Origin: Alphaproteobacteria bacterium
Lineage (GTDB): Bacteria > Pseudomonadota > Alphaproteobacteria > GCA-2731375
Length of the DNA: 64,000 nucleotides
Reading direction: 5' to 3'
Assembly: GCA_965232515.1 (NCBI GenBank)
Contig: CBDDPY010000002.1
Location: 4,256,001-4,320,000, forward strand
The notes beneath the pieces are model-generated. The model made no database searches, had not been told where the DNA came from, and was given only the letters and a program-made list of their open reading frames with translations. Every line of letters begins with the position of its first letter. Within the stretch, counting starts at the first letter, position 1. Of the stretch, positions 44,288 to 54,043 are shown piece after piece. A program made the translations under genes and the position numbers.

Positions 44288-45265
44288 ATGCCCATCAAAC
44301 TGACCCGGCGGGGCTTTAGCGGCGGAATGGCAGCGACAGTGGCGGCGGCGGGGCTGCCACGGCAAGCGGACGCCGCGGTGACGTTCAAATATGCCAACGC
44401 CTCGAACGAGCAGAACCTGAGCAATCAGTTCGCCGCCATGTTCCTGAAGGAGGTGGAGAAGCGCACGAACGGCGAGGTCAAGACGCAAATCCTCTACAAC
44501 ATGGGCGGCGAGAAATCGATCCTCGAAGGCGTGTCGCTGGGCACGCTCGACATGGCCGTGGTCGGTTATTCGGGCCTGCGCGAGTTCGACGTCTTCTACA
44601 CGCCCTATCTGCTGCGCGACATCCCGCACGGCGTCGAGGTGATGAAGGGGCCGATCGGCGAGCGTGCGGCGAAGGCGATGAAGGACCGCTACGATGTGCG
44701 CCTCGTCGGCGTCGGTTCGACGGGGCCATTCCTGCTCGGCATCAAGGAGCCGGCCGGGTCCTGGGCCGACCTGAAGGACCGCAAGATCCGCGTGCCGCAG
44801 TTCGAAGCCTATCTGGAAGCCATCGCGGCGCTGGACGCGCGGCCGACGCCGATCCCGTTCAACGAGGTCTATCTGGCCCTGCAGCAGGGGGTCGTCGAGG
44901 GGTTGGTGACGATCCTCAACGTCATGCTGGCGAACAAGTTCGTCGAGGTCTGCAAATACGTTGTCGCCAACGATTTCGGCGTCGGCCTGGACAAGTTCGT
45001 GGTCTCGGAGCGGAGCTGGAGCCGCATGACGCCGGCGCAGCAGCAGATCTTCCAGGATACCTATGACGAGATGATGCCGACCCACTTCGTCCAGCGGGCG
45101 ATCGACCAGGCCGCGCTGGACTTCAAGAAGTGGGAAGAGCTGAACGGCGCCGGCACCGTGCTGCGTCTCGACGCGGAACAGCTCCAGCGCACCATGGAGC
45201 CGGTCGGCCGCAAGCTGGCCGACGACATCTACGGGCCCGGCGCCTACGACCTGTTCCAGGCCTGA
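44288..45265 (+). CDS. dctP: TRAP transporter substrate-binding protein DctP
   Basis: Tat signal TRRGF; DLKDRKIRVP, PIPFNEVYLALQQGVVEG. Confidence 0.9.
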   Translation: MPIKLTRRGFSGGMAATVAAAGLPRQADAAVTFKYANASNEQNLSNQFAAMFLKEVEKRTNGEVKTQILYNMGGEKSILEGVSLGTLDMAVVGYSGLREFDVFYTPYLLRDIPHGVEVMKGPIGERAAKAMKDRYDVRLVGVGSTGPFLLGIKEPAGSWADLKDRKIRVPQFEAYLEAIAALDARPTPIPFNEVYLALQQGVVEGLVTILNVMLANKFVEVCKYVVANDFGVGLDKFVVSERSWSRMTPAQQQIFQDTYDEMMPTHFVQRAIDQAALDFKKWEELNGAGTVLRLDAEQLQRTMEPVGRKLADDIYGPGAYDLFQA

Positions 45266-45359
45266 CGCCGGTCAGCAACGCCATATCGACAGCCCCGCCC
45301 GCCAAGACCTGGCCGGGCGGGGCTCCCATTACGATCCGCTGTCCGGAAGGAGCTCCGCC

Positions 45360-45839
45360 ATGGAATCCGGCGACGTCCAGCCGCAAGGATATCTGCAAAC
45401 CGGCCTGCACCGCCTGACGGCCGCGTTGATGATCGCGATCACCGTGGTCGTGCTGTACGCGACCGTCATGCGCTACTTCTTCCAAGCGCCGCCGCTCTGG
45501 GGCGAGGACGTGCCGCGGGTGCTGTTCGTCTGGATGGTTTATATGGCGGCCGGGCTGGCGATCGCGCTGGGCCTGAACATCCGCGTCGCCTATTTCATCG
45601 AACGGGTGCCCGACCGCCCGCGCGCCTGGATCGAGGCGGCGATGCACCTCTCGGTGCTGGCGCTGCTGGTCGTGCTGTTCTTCAACAGCATTCCGCTGGT
45701 CGAGCTCAACCTGCGCGGCACCATGCTGTCGACGGGCTGGTCGAACGCCGTGTTCTATCTGCCGCTGCCGGTGGGCTGTCTGTTGATGGCCTGGTACGAG
45801 GCGAAACGCCTGTGGCGCTGCGTCGCCCGGCTGCGCTGA
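45360..45839 (+). CDS. dctQ: TRAP small permease DctQ
   Basis: Four TMs; RYFFQAPPLWGEDV. Confidence 0.88.
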   Translation: MESGDVQPQGYLQTGLHRLTAALMIAITVVVLYATVMRYFFQAPPLWGEDVPRVLFVWMVYMAAGLAIALGLNIRVAYFIERVPDRPRAWIEAAMHLSVLALLVVLFFNSIPLVELNLRGTMLSTGWSNAVFYLPLPVGCLLMAWYEAKRLWRCVARLR

Positions 45840-45852
45840 CGGCGGCGCGAAC

Positions 45853-47142
45853 ATGCTGCTGCTGATCGGCCTCACCTTCGTTCTGATCTTCCTGGGCATG
45901 GAAATCTGCTGGGCGATCGGCATCGCCTGCCTCAGCTATCTGATCCTGGGCAACGTTACCGGCGACAATCCGCTGCCCTTCGTATTGTTCTCGCAACAGG
46001 TGGTCGACGGCGTCGACAGCTTTCCCCTGCTGGCAATCCCGCTGTTCATCTTCGCCGGCCTGTTGATGTCGGCTTCGGGCATCACCGCCCGCCTGATCCG
46101 ATGCGCCGGCGCCTTCGTCGGTCATATCCACGGCGGGTTGGCGAACGTCGCGGTGACGTCGAACTTCCTGATGTCGGGCATGTCGGGCTCGGCCATCGCG
46201 GACGCGGCGTCGACCGGCTCGGTGCTGATCCCGGAGATGAAACGCAAGGGCTACCCGGCCGCTTTCGCCTGCGCCGTGATCGCCGCCGCCTCGACCGTCG
46301 GGCCGATCATTCCGCCGTCGATCATGTTCGTGCTGCTGGGGGCCATCATCAACCTGTCGGTCGGCAAGCTGTTCCTGGGCGGCGTGCTGCCGGGCGCCTT
46401 CATGTTCATCGCCATGTTCGTGCTGACCTACATGATCTGCCGCTGGCGCGCCTATCCGCGCGAGCCCCGGGTCGGCTGGCGCGAGCGCGGCACCGCCGTG
46501 CTGGCGGCGCTGTTGCCGCTGGCCGCGCCGTTGGTCGTCGTGCGCAGCATGGTCGTCGGCGTCGCCACGCCGACGGAGGCCGCCGCGATCCTGGTGTTCT
46601 ACGTGCTGATCGTCGGCGTTGTCTTCTACCGCTCGCTGTCGGTCGACGCGATCATGCACTGCGCGGCACGGGCCGGCCTGTTGACGGCCGCCATCATGCT
46701 GGTGGTGGCGACATCGAAGATGTTCACCTGGCTCGCCGTGCAGGAGGATTTCGGCGCCGCGATCGCGAGCGCCATGCTGGCGATTTCCGACAACGTCTAC
46801 GTGCTGCTGCTGCTGACCAACGTCGTGCTGCTGATCCTGGGCGCCCTGATGGATCCGCTGCCGATCATCCTGGTGCTGGGGCCGATCCTGTTTCCGCTGT
46901 TCGCGAGCATGGGCATCGACCCGATCCACTTCGGCGTGGTGATGACCGTCAACCTGATCCTCGGCCTGACAACGCCGCCCGTCGGATTGATCCTGACCGT
47001 GGTCGGCGTGATCGGTCGTTCCGACGTGATGGCGATCTTCCGCGCGGCCGTGCCCTATATCGCCACCCTGTTCCTGGTGCTGCTGGCCATCACCTTCGTG
47101 CCGCCGATCGTGCTCTGGCTGCCGAACCTGCTGTTGCCATGA
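45853..47142 (+). CDS. dctM: TRAP large permease DctM
   Basis: LLAIPLFI, SGSAIADA, IIPPSI, TPTEAA, GIDPIHFG, TPPVG. Confidence 0.93.
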   Translation: MLLLIGLTFVLIFLGMEICWAIGIACLSYLILGNVTGDNPLPFVLFSQQVVDGVDSFPLLAIPLFIFAGLLMSASGITARLIRCAGAFVGHIHGGLANVAVTSNFLMSGMSGSAIADAASTGSVLIPEMKRKGYPAAFACAVIAAASTVGPIIPPSIMFVLLGAIINLSVGKLFLGGVLPGAFMFIAMFVLTYMICRWRAYPREPRVGWRERGTAVLAALLPLAAPLVVVRSMVVGVATPTEAAAILVFYVLIVGVVFYRSLSVDAIMHCAARAGLLTAAIMLVVATSKMFTWLAVQEDFGAAIASAMLAISDNVYVLLLLTNVVLLILGALMDPLPIILVLGPILFPLFASMGIDPIHFGVVMTVNLILGLTTPPVGLILTVVGVIGRSDVMAIFRAAVPYIATLFLVLLAITFVPPIVLWLPNLLLP

Positions 47143-48746
47143 GCGCGTCGGACAGCTTCGACTATGTCATCGTCGGCGCCGGCTCGGCCGGCTGTGTGCT
47201 GGCGGCGCGGTTGAGTGAGGACCCTGATGTCCGCGTTCTGCTGCTGGAGGCCGGCGGCCGCGACAGCAATCCGTTCATCCACATCCCGGCCGGCTATTTC
47301 CGCACGCTCGACAATCCGGCCGTCAACTGGCGGTACCGCAGCGAGCCCGAGCCGGGCACGGCCGGCCGTGAGATCCCGTTTCCCCGCGGCAAGGTGCTCG
47401 GCGGCTCGAGCTCGATCAACGGCCATGTTTTCGTACGCGGCCAGGCCGGCGACTACGACGGCTGGGCCCAACTCGGCAACCGCGGTTGGTCCTATGACGA
47501 CGTGCTGCCGTATTTCCAGCGGATGGAGAACTGGACGGGGCCGGACCACGCACTGCGCGGCCGCGGCGGTCCGCTGCAGGTGCAGGAGCACGGCGAGCGT
47601 CACGTCCTGACCGAGGCCTTCATCGCCGCCGCCGAACAGCTCGGCTTGCCGCGCAACCCGGACTACAACGCCGGCGACCAGGAAGGCGTCGGCTACTTTC
47701 AAACCGTGATGCGGGACGGCCGCCGGCTGAGCACGGCGCGCGCCTATCTGAAACCGGCCGAGGCGCGGCGGAACCTGACGGTCGAAACCGGGGCGGCCGT
47801 GCAGCGCATCACCGTCGACGGGCGTCGCGCCACCGGCGTCGTCTACCGGCGGGACGGCCACACCATGACGGCGACGGCGAAACGCGAGGTGCTCCTCTCG
47901 GCCGGCACCATCGCCTCGCCGCAAGTGCTGCAGCTTTCGGGCATCGGGCCAGGCGCGCATCTGACCGGCCTGGGCATCGCCGTCGTTCACGACCTGGCGG
48001 GCGTCGGCCGCAATCTGCAGGATCACTATATCGCCCGCGTCGCCTGGCGGGTGACGCAACCCGTCACCATCAACGAGCAGGCGCGCGGCCTGCGTTTCCT
48101 GGGCGAGCTGGCGCGCTATGCCCTGTTCCGGCGTGGCCTGCTGTCGTTGCCGGCCGCCCATGTCGGCGCCTCGGTGCGGCTGGCGCCCGGCGCGGCCGAC
48201 CCCGACGTGCAGATGATCCTGGCGCCCGGCAGCTATGCCGGCGGCCAGCTCGGCAAGCTGGAACGCGAGCCCGGCATGACCTGCGGCATCTGGCGGCACC
48301 GGCCGGAGAGCCGGGGCGAGGTGATGATCCGCTCGGCCGATCCGGCCGCGCCGCCGGCGATCCGGCCGAACTATCTGTCGGCCGCCAGCGACGGCGAGCT
48401 GACGGTGGCGGCGATCCGCTTTGCCCGCCGGCTGATCGCGACACCGCCGTTCGATCCCTATCGCGGACCCGAGATTCTGCCGGGCATCGACATCGAGAGC
48501 GACGCCGACATCCTCGACTATGCCCGGCGCAACGGCAGCACCGTCTATCACCCCGTCGGCACCTGCCGTATGGGCCCCGATCCCCATTCCGATGCCGTGG
48601 TCGACGATCGGCTGCGCGTGCATGGGCTTGACGGCCTGCGCGTGGTCGACGCCTCGGTCATGCCGCGCCTGCCGGCGGCGAACACGAACGCACCGACGAT
48701 CATGATCGCCGAGAAGGCGGCCGATCTGATTCGCGCCGACGCCTGA
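47139..48746 (+). CDS. GMC oxidoreductase (choline dehydrogenase-like)
   Basis: [53 protein letters not shown]. Confidence 0.93.
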   Translation: MSASDSFDYVIVGAGSAGCVLAARLSEDPDVRVLLLEAGGRDSNPFIHIPAGYFRTLDNPAVNWRYRSEPEPGTAGREIPFPRGKVLGGSSSINGHVFVRGQAGDYDGWAQLGNRGWSYDDVLPYFQRMENWTGPDHALRGRGGPLQVQEHGERHVLTEAFIAAAEQLGLPRNPDYNAGDQEGVGYFQTVMRDGRRLSTARAYLKPAEARRNLTVETGAAVQRITVDGRRATGVVYRRDGHTMTATAKREVLLSAGTIASPQVLQLSGIGPGAHLTGLGIAVVHDLAGVGRNLQDHYIARVAWRVTQPVTINEQARGLRFLGELARYALFRRGLLSLPAAHVGASVRLAPGAADPDVQMILAPGSYAGGQLGKLEREPGMTCGIWRHRPESRGEVMIRSADPAAPPAIRPNYLSAASDGELTVAAIRFARRLIATPPFDPYRGPEILPGIDIESDADILDYARRNGSTVYHPVGTCRMGPDPHSDAVVDDRLRVHGLDGLRVVDASVMPRLPAANTNAPTIMIAEKAADLIRADA

Positions 48747-48766
48747 GCATCGGGCGCCTGTTGCGA

Positions 48767-49726
48767 TCAGGCCGTTTCGGCCAACGACTTGAACCGTTCC
48801 GTCGCGGCGATCAACGCGGCCTTGGTGCCGGGCTCGCTGGCTGCGTGGCCGGCGTCGGGCACGATCTTATAGGTCGCTTCCGGCCAGGCCCGGGCAAGCT
48901 CGTCGGCGGAAGCGATGGGGCAGACGATGTCGTAGCGGCCCTGGACGATGGCACACGGCAGATGGCGGATGCGGTCGAGCCCGGCCAGCAGTTCGTCCTC
49001 GCCAACGAAGCAATCGTTGACGAAGTAGTGCGCTTCGATACGGGCGATGCCGAGCGCCGTGGTGCCGTCCTCGAACGCCGCCGCGACATCGGCGTCCGGC
49101 AGCAGGGTCGAGCAGGCGCCCTCGTAGCGGCTCCAGGCATGCGCGGCGGCCATGCGCGCCGTCTCGTCGTCGCCGGTCAGGCGCGCGTAATAGGCGCCGA
49201 GCAGATCGCCGCGTTCGGATGTGGGCAGATGCTCGGCAAAGTCGCGCCAGGCCTCGGGGAAGATCCGGGCCATGCCGGTAACGAACCAGTCGATCTCGCG
49301 GCGCCGACCGAGGAAGATGCCGCGCAGCACCAGGCCGGTGACGGCGTGCGCATGCGCCTGGGCATAGGCGAGCGCCAGGGTGGAGCCCCAGGAACCGCCG
49401 AACACCAGCCAGCGTTCGATGCCGAGCGCGTCGCGCAGGCGTTCGATGTCGGCGACCAGGTGCTGGGTCGTGTTGTCGGCGAGTTCGCCGAGCGGCGTCG
49501 AGCGCCCGGCGCCGCGCTGGTCGAACAGCACGATGCGGTAATGGTCCGGATCGAAATAGCGCCGGTGCGTGGGCGAGCAGCCGGAGCCCGGACCGCCGTG
49601 CAGGAAGACCGCCGGCGCGCCGTCGGGATTGCCGCATTCCTCCCAATGGATCTCATGCGTGTCGTCGAGCCGCAGGCGGCCGCTGCGATAGGGCGCGATC
49701 TCCGGAAACAGGTCGCGCCTGGTCAT
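48767..49726 (-). CDS. pip: Proline iminopeptidase
   Basis: HGGPG, FDQRGAGRSTP, GGSWGSTL, GRYDIVCP, AGH. Confidence 0.95.
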   Translation of the reverse strand: MTRRDLFPEIAPYRSGRLRLDDTHEIHWEECGNPDGAPAVFLHGGPGSGCSPTHRRYFDPDHYRIVLFDQRGAGRSTPLGELADNTTQHLVADIERLRDALGIERWLVFGGSWGSTLALAYAQAHAHAVTGLVLRGIFLGRRREIDWFVTGMARIFPEAWRDFAEHLPTSERGDLLGAYYARLTGDDETARMAAAHAWSRYEGACSTLLPDADVAAAFEDGTTALGIARIEAHYFVNDCFVGEDELLAGLDRIRHLPCAIVQGRYDIVCPIASADELARAWPEATYKIVPDAGHAASEPGTKAALIAATERFKSLAETA

Positions 49727-50160
49727 GTCCGGTCCTCGCCGCGCGGCCGCCAGGTCGCCGTGGCGCTGGCCGTGGCCAGCAACGTATCGTCGGCCGCCAG
49801 CAGCCGGCCTTCGGTGAAGACGATGTTGCGGCCGGAACGCACGACCGTGCCCTCGCCGATCAACACGCCCGGCATGGCCGGCCTGAGGAAGTTGATCTTC
49901 AGCTCCAGCGTCGGCACGAAGCGGCCGAAATCGACGGTGGCGATGGCGGCCATCGCCATGGCCTCGTCCAGCATCGCGGCCTGGAAGCCGCCCTGCAGCA
50001 TGCCCATGGGATTGCAGAATTCCGGCTTGCCGTCGAACTGCAGCCGGGCGAAGCCGCGCGCATCGATGTCCAGCAATTGCGGCGACAGCAGCGAGGCCGC
50101 CGGCGAATGCGGCCGGTCGGCGTAACGCGCGCGCAGGTCGGGCGATCCGGCGTCGTTCAT
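49723..50160 (-). CDS. PaaI family thioesterase
   Basis: NPMGMLQGGFQAAMLD, TLELKINFLRP. Confidence 0.9.
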   Translation of the reverse strand: MNDAGSPDLRARYADRPHSPAASLLSPQLLDIDARGFARLQFDGKPEFCNPMGMLQGGFQAAMLDEAMAMAAIATVDFGRFVPTLELKINFLRPAMPGVLIGEGTVVRSGRNIVFTEGRLLAADDTLLATASATATWRPRGEDRT

Positions 50161-50657
50161 GCCGGCGCTCCGGTGTGGCGGTACATGTGATAGCGGCCCG
50201 GCGCGACACCGTCGGGCAGCGGCAGCGGCGTTAGCGACGGGTCGTCGAGCGGCTGATCGCCGACCACCACGGCACCGTCAGCCAGCAGCGGCACCAAAGC
50301 CGGGCCCAGCCAGGCCGCCAGCTCGGCGGTGGCCTCGCGGTCGCCGCTGCCGATATCGCAATGGGCGAGCGCCGCCGGCGCGCCGATGCGGGCGAGCGCC
50401 GCCGGCACGGTGCCGTGAAAATCGCCGAGCAGCAGATGCTCGTCGTCGGGAATGCAGTCGGGATGCGCCGCGACCTGGCGGTCGAACACGAAGATCTCGC
50501 GGCCGGGCAGGATCTCGCGCAGATGATCGAAGGTGCGGCCGTTGCCGAGGCCGAGCTCCAGCGCCGGACCAGGCAGGTCGCCGATCAGGCGGGCGGCGGC
50601 GTCGAGGCAGTCGCGCTGTGCCGTGACGCGGCGGATGAAGCTGTTCAGGCGGGACAC
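50157..50657 (-). CDS. Class I SAM-dependent methyltransferase (Methyltransf_17-like)
   Basis: MSRLNSFIRR, LELGLGNGRTFDHLRE, HCDIG. Confidence 0.82.
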   Translation of the reverse strand: MSRLNSFIRRVTAQRDCLDAAARLIGDLPGPALELGLGNGRTFDHLREILPGREIFVFDRQVAAHPDCIPDDEHLLLGDFHGTVPAALARIGAPAALAHCDIGSGDREATAELAAWLGPALVPLLADGAVVVGDQPLDDPSLTPLPLPDGVAPGRYHMYRHTGAPA

Positions 50658-50699
50658 GGGAAAAGACGTATGCGGGATCGGACGCTCGGGGCCGGCGGC

Positions 50700-51173
50700 T
50701 CAGCCGGCGCCCTCGGTCGCTTCTTTCAGCTTGCGGTTGGCGTCGGTCAGCTGGTTGTTGGTCATCTCCAGGCGGTGCGCCAGCTCGCGCATGATCTCAA
50801 CCGCCATGGTCGGGAATTCCTGCACCAGCCGGAAGAACAGGTCCTTGGAGATCTTCAGCGTGTCGAGCTTGCTGGTCGCGGTCACCGTCGCCGTGCGCGG
50901 CACGTCGCAGAGGATGGCGATCTCGCCGACGAAGTCGTTCTTACCAATGGTGGCGACGGTGATCGGCCCCCCCGGCGTGTCGATGATCACGTCGGCGTCG
51001 CCGTCGACGATAACATAAGCCGCATCGCCCATATCGCCCTGACGGCAGACATCCTGGCCGGGCCGGAAGGTCAGACGCTCGCTGGTGAAGGCGAGCAGCT
51101 TGAGCTTCGAGGGCTCCATCTTGGCAAAGAGGGGAATCGCCCGTAACAGGTCGACTTCTTCGTTCAGGCTCAT
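50700..51173 (-). CDS. Cyclic nucleotide-binding domain protein
   Basis: QGDMGDAAYVI, FVGEIAILCDVPRTATV; no HTH. Confidence 0.9.
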   Translation of the reverse strand: MSLNEEVDLLRAIPLFAKMEPSKLKLLAFTSERLTFRPGQDVCRQGDMGDAAYVIVDGDADVIIDTPGGPITVATIGKNDFVGEIAILCDVPRTATVTATSKLDTLKISKDLFFRLVQEFPTMAVEIMRELAHRLEMTNNQLTDANRKLKEATEGAG

Positions 51174-51201
51174 GGTCGCCTCCCGGGGGTCATATTATGG
51201 C

Positions 51202-53859
51202 TCATTCGGCATCCAGCAGCTGTGTCAACGTCGAGCCGGGCCTATTAAGCTCGGCAAACGTGCCCTGTTCAACCACCCGTCCGTGCTGCATGACGACGAC
51301 ATGGTCGAAATGTTCGGCCATAGCGGCGCGGTGCACAGCCCAGATCAGCCCCCCCGTTTCGTACGCCTGCAACAACCGTTCGCGGATCCAGGTCTGGCTG
51401 GCCGCATCGAGCGACGCCGTCGCTTCCGACAGGATCAGCACATCGGGCTGCTTGATCGCCGCGCGGGCCAGCGCCAGCTTCTGACGCTGCGCCGACGACA
51501 ACCGCGAGCCGGCGATGCCGGCATGGAAGTCGAGACCGACGGCGGCCACGGTGTCGCGCAGATCCAGTTCCTCGACGACGTCGCGGACCAGTTGCCCGAC
51601 CCGCTGCGCCGCCTGGGCGACGCCGTAAACCTGTTTTCCGAACAGAATGTTGTCCTGCAGATTAGCAGCCGCGTTGTATCTGTCGACATCAAAGAAGGCC
51701 ACGGCGTCGCGCAGCTCTTCCGGCAGGCCGTCGGCAAAGGCCTCGCGCGCTTCCAGGATCTTGGCCTGCATGTCGTCGTCGATCAGACCCAGACGGTGCC
51801 GCGCCGGCTCGAGCTTGAACGGCAGCGACATCAGCCGGGTGCGGTCTTCGGCCGCGAGATCACCGAGATTGTTCCGGTCGGCGCGTTGCAACAGGGACTG
51901 CACCTCCGGCAGCTCGTCGGAGGAGACGAAGCTGAACTGCTGGAACAGCTCGTGATCGGGCGGCAGATCGGCGAACAGCTCGACCATTGTCGCGGCCAGC
52001 TGATAGCCGACCTGAAGGAAGCTCTCGGTGAGGCTGACCTGGTCCAGCACCTTCAACACGTAATCGTTCTCGGCCAGGTGATCCATGTCGAAGGCGTCGC
52101 CGACCGGACTGCCGAACAGCAGGTTCTCGCCGACGGACGCATTGGTGTTGTAGGCGTCGCGGTCGAAAGCCTCGATCAGCTCGCCGACCTCCTCGTCCGC
52201 CGCCAATCGCTCGCGCAACGCCGCGCGGGCGCGCAGAATGGCTTCGGCCAGATCCGGCCGGGCGTCGGGATCGATGGTGCCGCGCAGGCCGAAATTGTAG
52301 ATGTCCTCGGACATACCGACCATCTCGAGGACCCGCAGGGCCGCGGCGCGCAAGGCGGCGGCATCGTCGGCGCCGGCGGCATTGTAATCGATCCAGTCGG
52401 CGTCGAGATCGTGCTCGATATTGCCCGAGCGCTTGGCTTCGACCACATAGCGCTCGCGATCCTGCGCCGCCTCGCCCTGATGATCGGGCGGCTGCAGGGG
52501 CCGGTGCTTCAGGCCGAAGAACAGGTTGTCGGCCAGCGTGCCGGCGAAAATGAAGGCGTTCGGCGCGACATGCGCCATGCGCCGCCCGGTCACCGCCTCC
52601 GGCAACTCGGCGGCGTCGGCGCCGTTGATCTGCAGACTGCCGCGATCCGGATCCAGCAGACGGGCCAGCAGCATGGTGAACTCTTCCTTGGCGCTGCCGG
52701 CCGCGCCGATCACGGCGACGCGCTTGTCGAGCGGGACCTGCACCGACACGCCGTCGATCAACGCCGCGTCCTGGTCGTCGTAGAGCGTCAGGTTGGCCGT
52801 GGCGAGCTGGCCCTCGATGTGGGGTATCGGATCGGGCTCGGCGGTCTGATAGTCGGGTTCACGCGTGCCGGCGGGGTCGAACTGGCTGACCACCTGGTCG
52901 TACTTGATGTGGGCGTCGGCCTGCTGTTGGTAGAAGTTCAGCAGCTCCTTCCACGGCGCCGCCAGATCCTTGTGCGCGGCGATCGCGGCGACCAGCGTGC
53001 CGATCTCGAGCTCGCCCTTGATCGCCAGGTAGCCGCCGATCGAATAGAAGAAGAACGGTCCGAGCTGCTGGATGAAGTTGTTCAGGAACTTGATGACGAA
53101 CTTGAGGACGTAGATCCGGTAACGGACATTGAAAATCCCGTCGAGCTGGCCGGAGAAGTCGGCCAGCACCGGATTGGAGGCGTCGTGGGCGTGGATCTCC
53201 TGCACGCCCTGTACGGTCTCGCCGATCCGGTCCGACAGCCGCCGCACCCGCCGCACGCGCTCTTTGCCGAGCAGGTTGACGCGACGCTGCAGCTTCGGGA
53301 TCAGCCACATCTGCAGCGGATAGAGCATCACCGCGGCCAGCGCCATGCGCCAGTCCTGAATGAACAGGAACGACAGGATGGTCAGCAGGTAGCCGCCCTG
53401 GAACGCCGGCAGCGAGAAGGCATCGCCGATGAAGCCGCCCAGCGGCTCGACCTCGGCCGTGATCATCGGGATGATCTCGCCCTGGCTCATCTTGCGGAAA
53501 GTCGGCAGCGGGAAGCGCAGGACCCGCGCGTAGAGCTCGTAACGCAGGCGCCGCAGCATGCGCTCGCCGGTCAGGCCCTTGTAAACGTTGATGACGTATT
53601 TGAAGCCCTGGTTGATGATCACCAAAACCAGGAACGCGCCGCAGAGCACGAACAGGAAGGTGATCTGGTCGACGCTGGCGAAGCCCCAGAGGTCGTACGG
53701 ATACTCGACGCCCTGGCCCTGAATTGCCTGATTGATGATCATCTTGGGCAATTCGTAGAACATATAGAGGAACGGGAACGACAGGGCCGCCATCGCGGTC
53801 AACGCGATCTGTTGCGGCAGGCTGTACCGCACCACATACTTGTAAACTGAAGGTTCCAT
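51202..53859 (-). CDS. ABC exporter-type TMD-NBD fusion with expanded, degenerate NBD
   Basis: Six-TM domain, GAAGSAKE Walker A-like, LSSAQRQK signature-like, ILSEATASLD Walker B-like. Confidence 0.85.
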   Translation of the reverse strand: MEPSVYKYVVRYSLPQQIALTAMAALSFPFLYMFYELPKMIINQAIQGQGVEYPYDLWGFASVDQITFLFVLCGAFLVLVIINQGFKYVINVYKGLTGERMLRRLRYELYARVLRFPLPTFRKMSQGEIIPMITAEVEPLGGFIGDAFSLPAFQGGYLLTILSFLFIQDWRMALAAVMLYPLQMWLIPKLQRRVNLLGKERVRRVRRLSDRIGETVQGVQEIHAHDASNPVLADFSGQLDGIFNVRYRIYVLKFVIKFLNNFIQQLGPFFFYSIGGYLAIKGELEIGTLVAAIAAHKDLAAPWKELLNFYQQQADAHIKYDQVVSQFDPAGTREPDYQTAEPDPIPHIEGQLATANLTLYDDQDAALIDGVSVQVPLDKRVAVIGAAGSAKEEFTMLLARLLDPDRGSLQINGADAAELPEAVTGRRMAHVAPNAFIFAGTLADNLFFGLKHRPLQPPDHQGEAAQDRERYVVEAKRSGNIEHDLDADWIDYNAAGADDAAALRAAALRVLEMVGMSEDIYNFGLRGTIDPDARPDLAEAILRARAALRERLAADEEVGELIEAFDRDAYNTNASVGENLLFGSPVGDAFDMDHLAENDYVLKVLDQVSLTESFLQVGYQLAATMVELFADLPPDHELFQQFSFVSSDELPEVQSLLQRADRNNLGDLAAEDRTRLMSLPFKLEPARHRLGLIDDDMQAKILEAREAFADGLPEELRDAVAFFDVDRYNAAANLQDNILFGKQVYGVAQAAQRVGQLVRDVVEELDLRDTVAAVGLDFHAGIAGSRLSSAQRQKLALARAAIKQPDVLILSEATASLDAASQTWIRERLLQAYETGGLIWAVHRAAMAEHFDHVVVMQHGRVVEQGTFAELNRPGSTLTQLLDAE

Positions 53860-54043
53860 ACTCGGCGCCGCCCCCATGACTTCGCGGCTACCGCGGCCCA
53901 CGCGGTGAGATTAAGTTGACCTCAGAGAATTTCTTTTTCTGGCCGATAGTTAAGATTAAATACCGCAAAGACTTCGATCCAGAAAGAGGTTTTCGCCGAC
54001 AAGCGGGCTATGCCATAGTCCTGCCAGCTTGGGGGCTGCCGGG

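Noticed and set aside
46101-47138. Apparent 346-aa N-terminal extension on the GMC oxidoreductase
   Set aside because: Alternate frame of dctM; the real start is the ATGA overlap at 47139.
51085-53850. 921-aa plus-strand ORF
   Set aside because: Antisense shadow of the ABC gene in high-GC DNA; no motifs.
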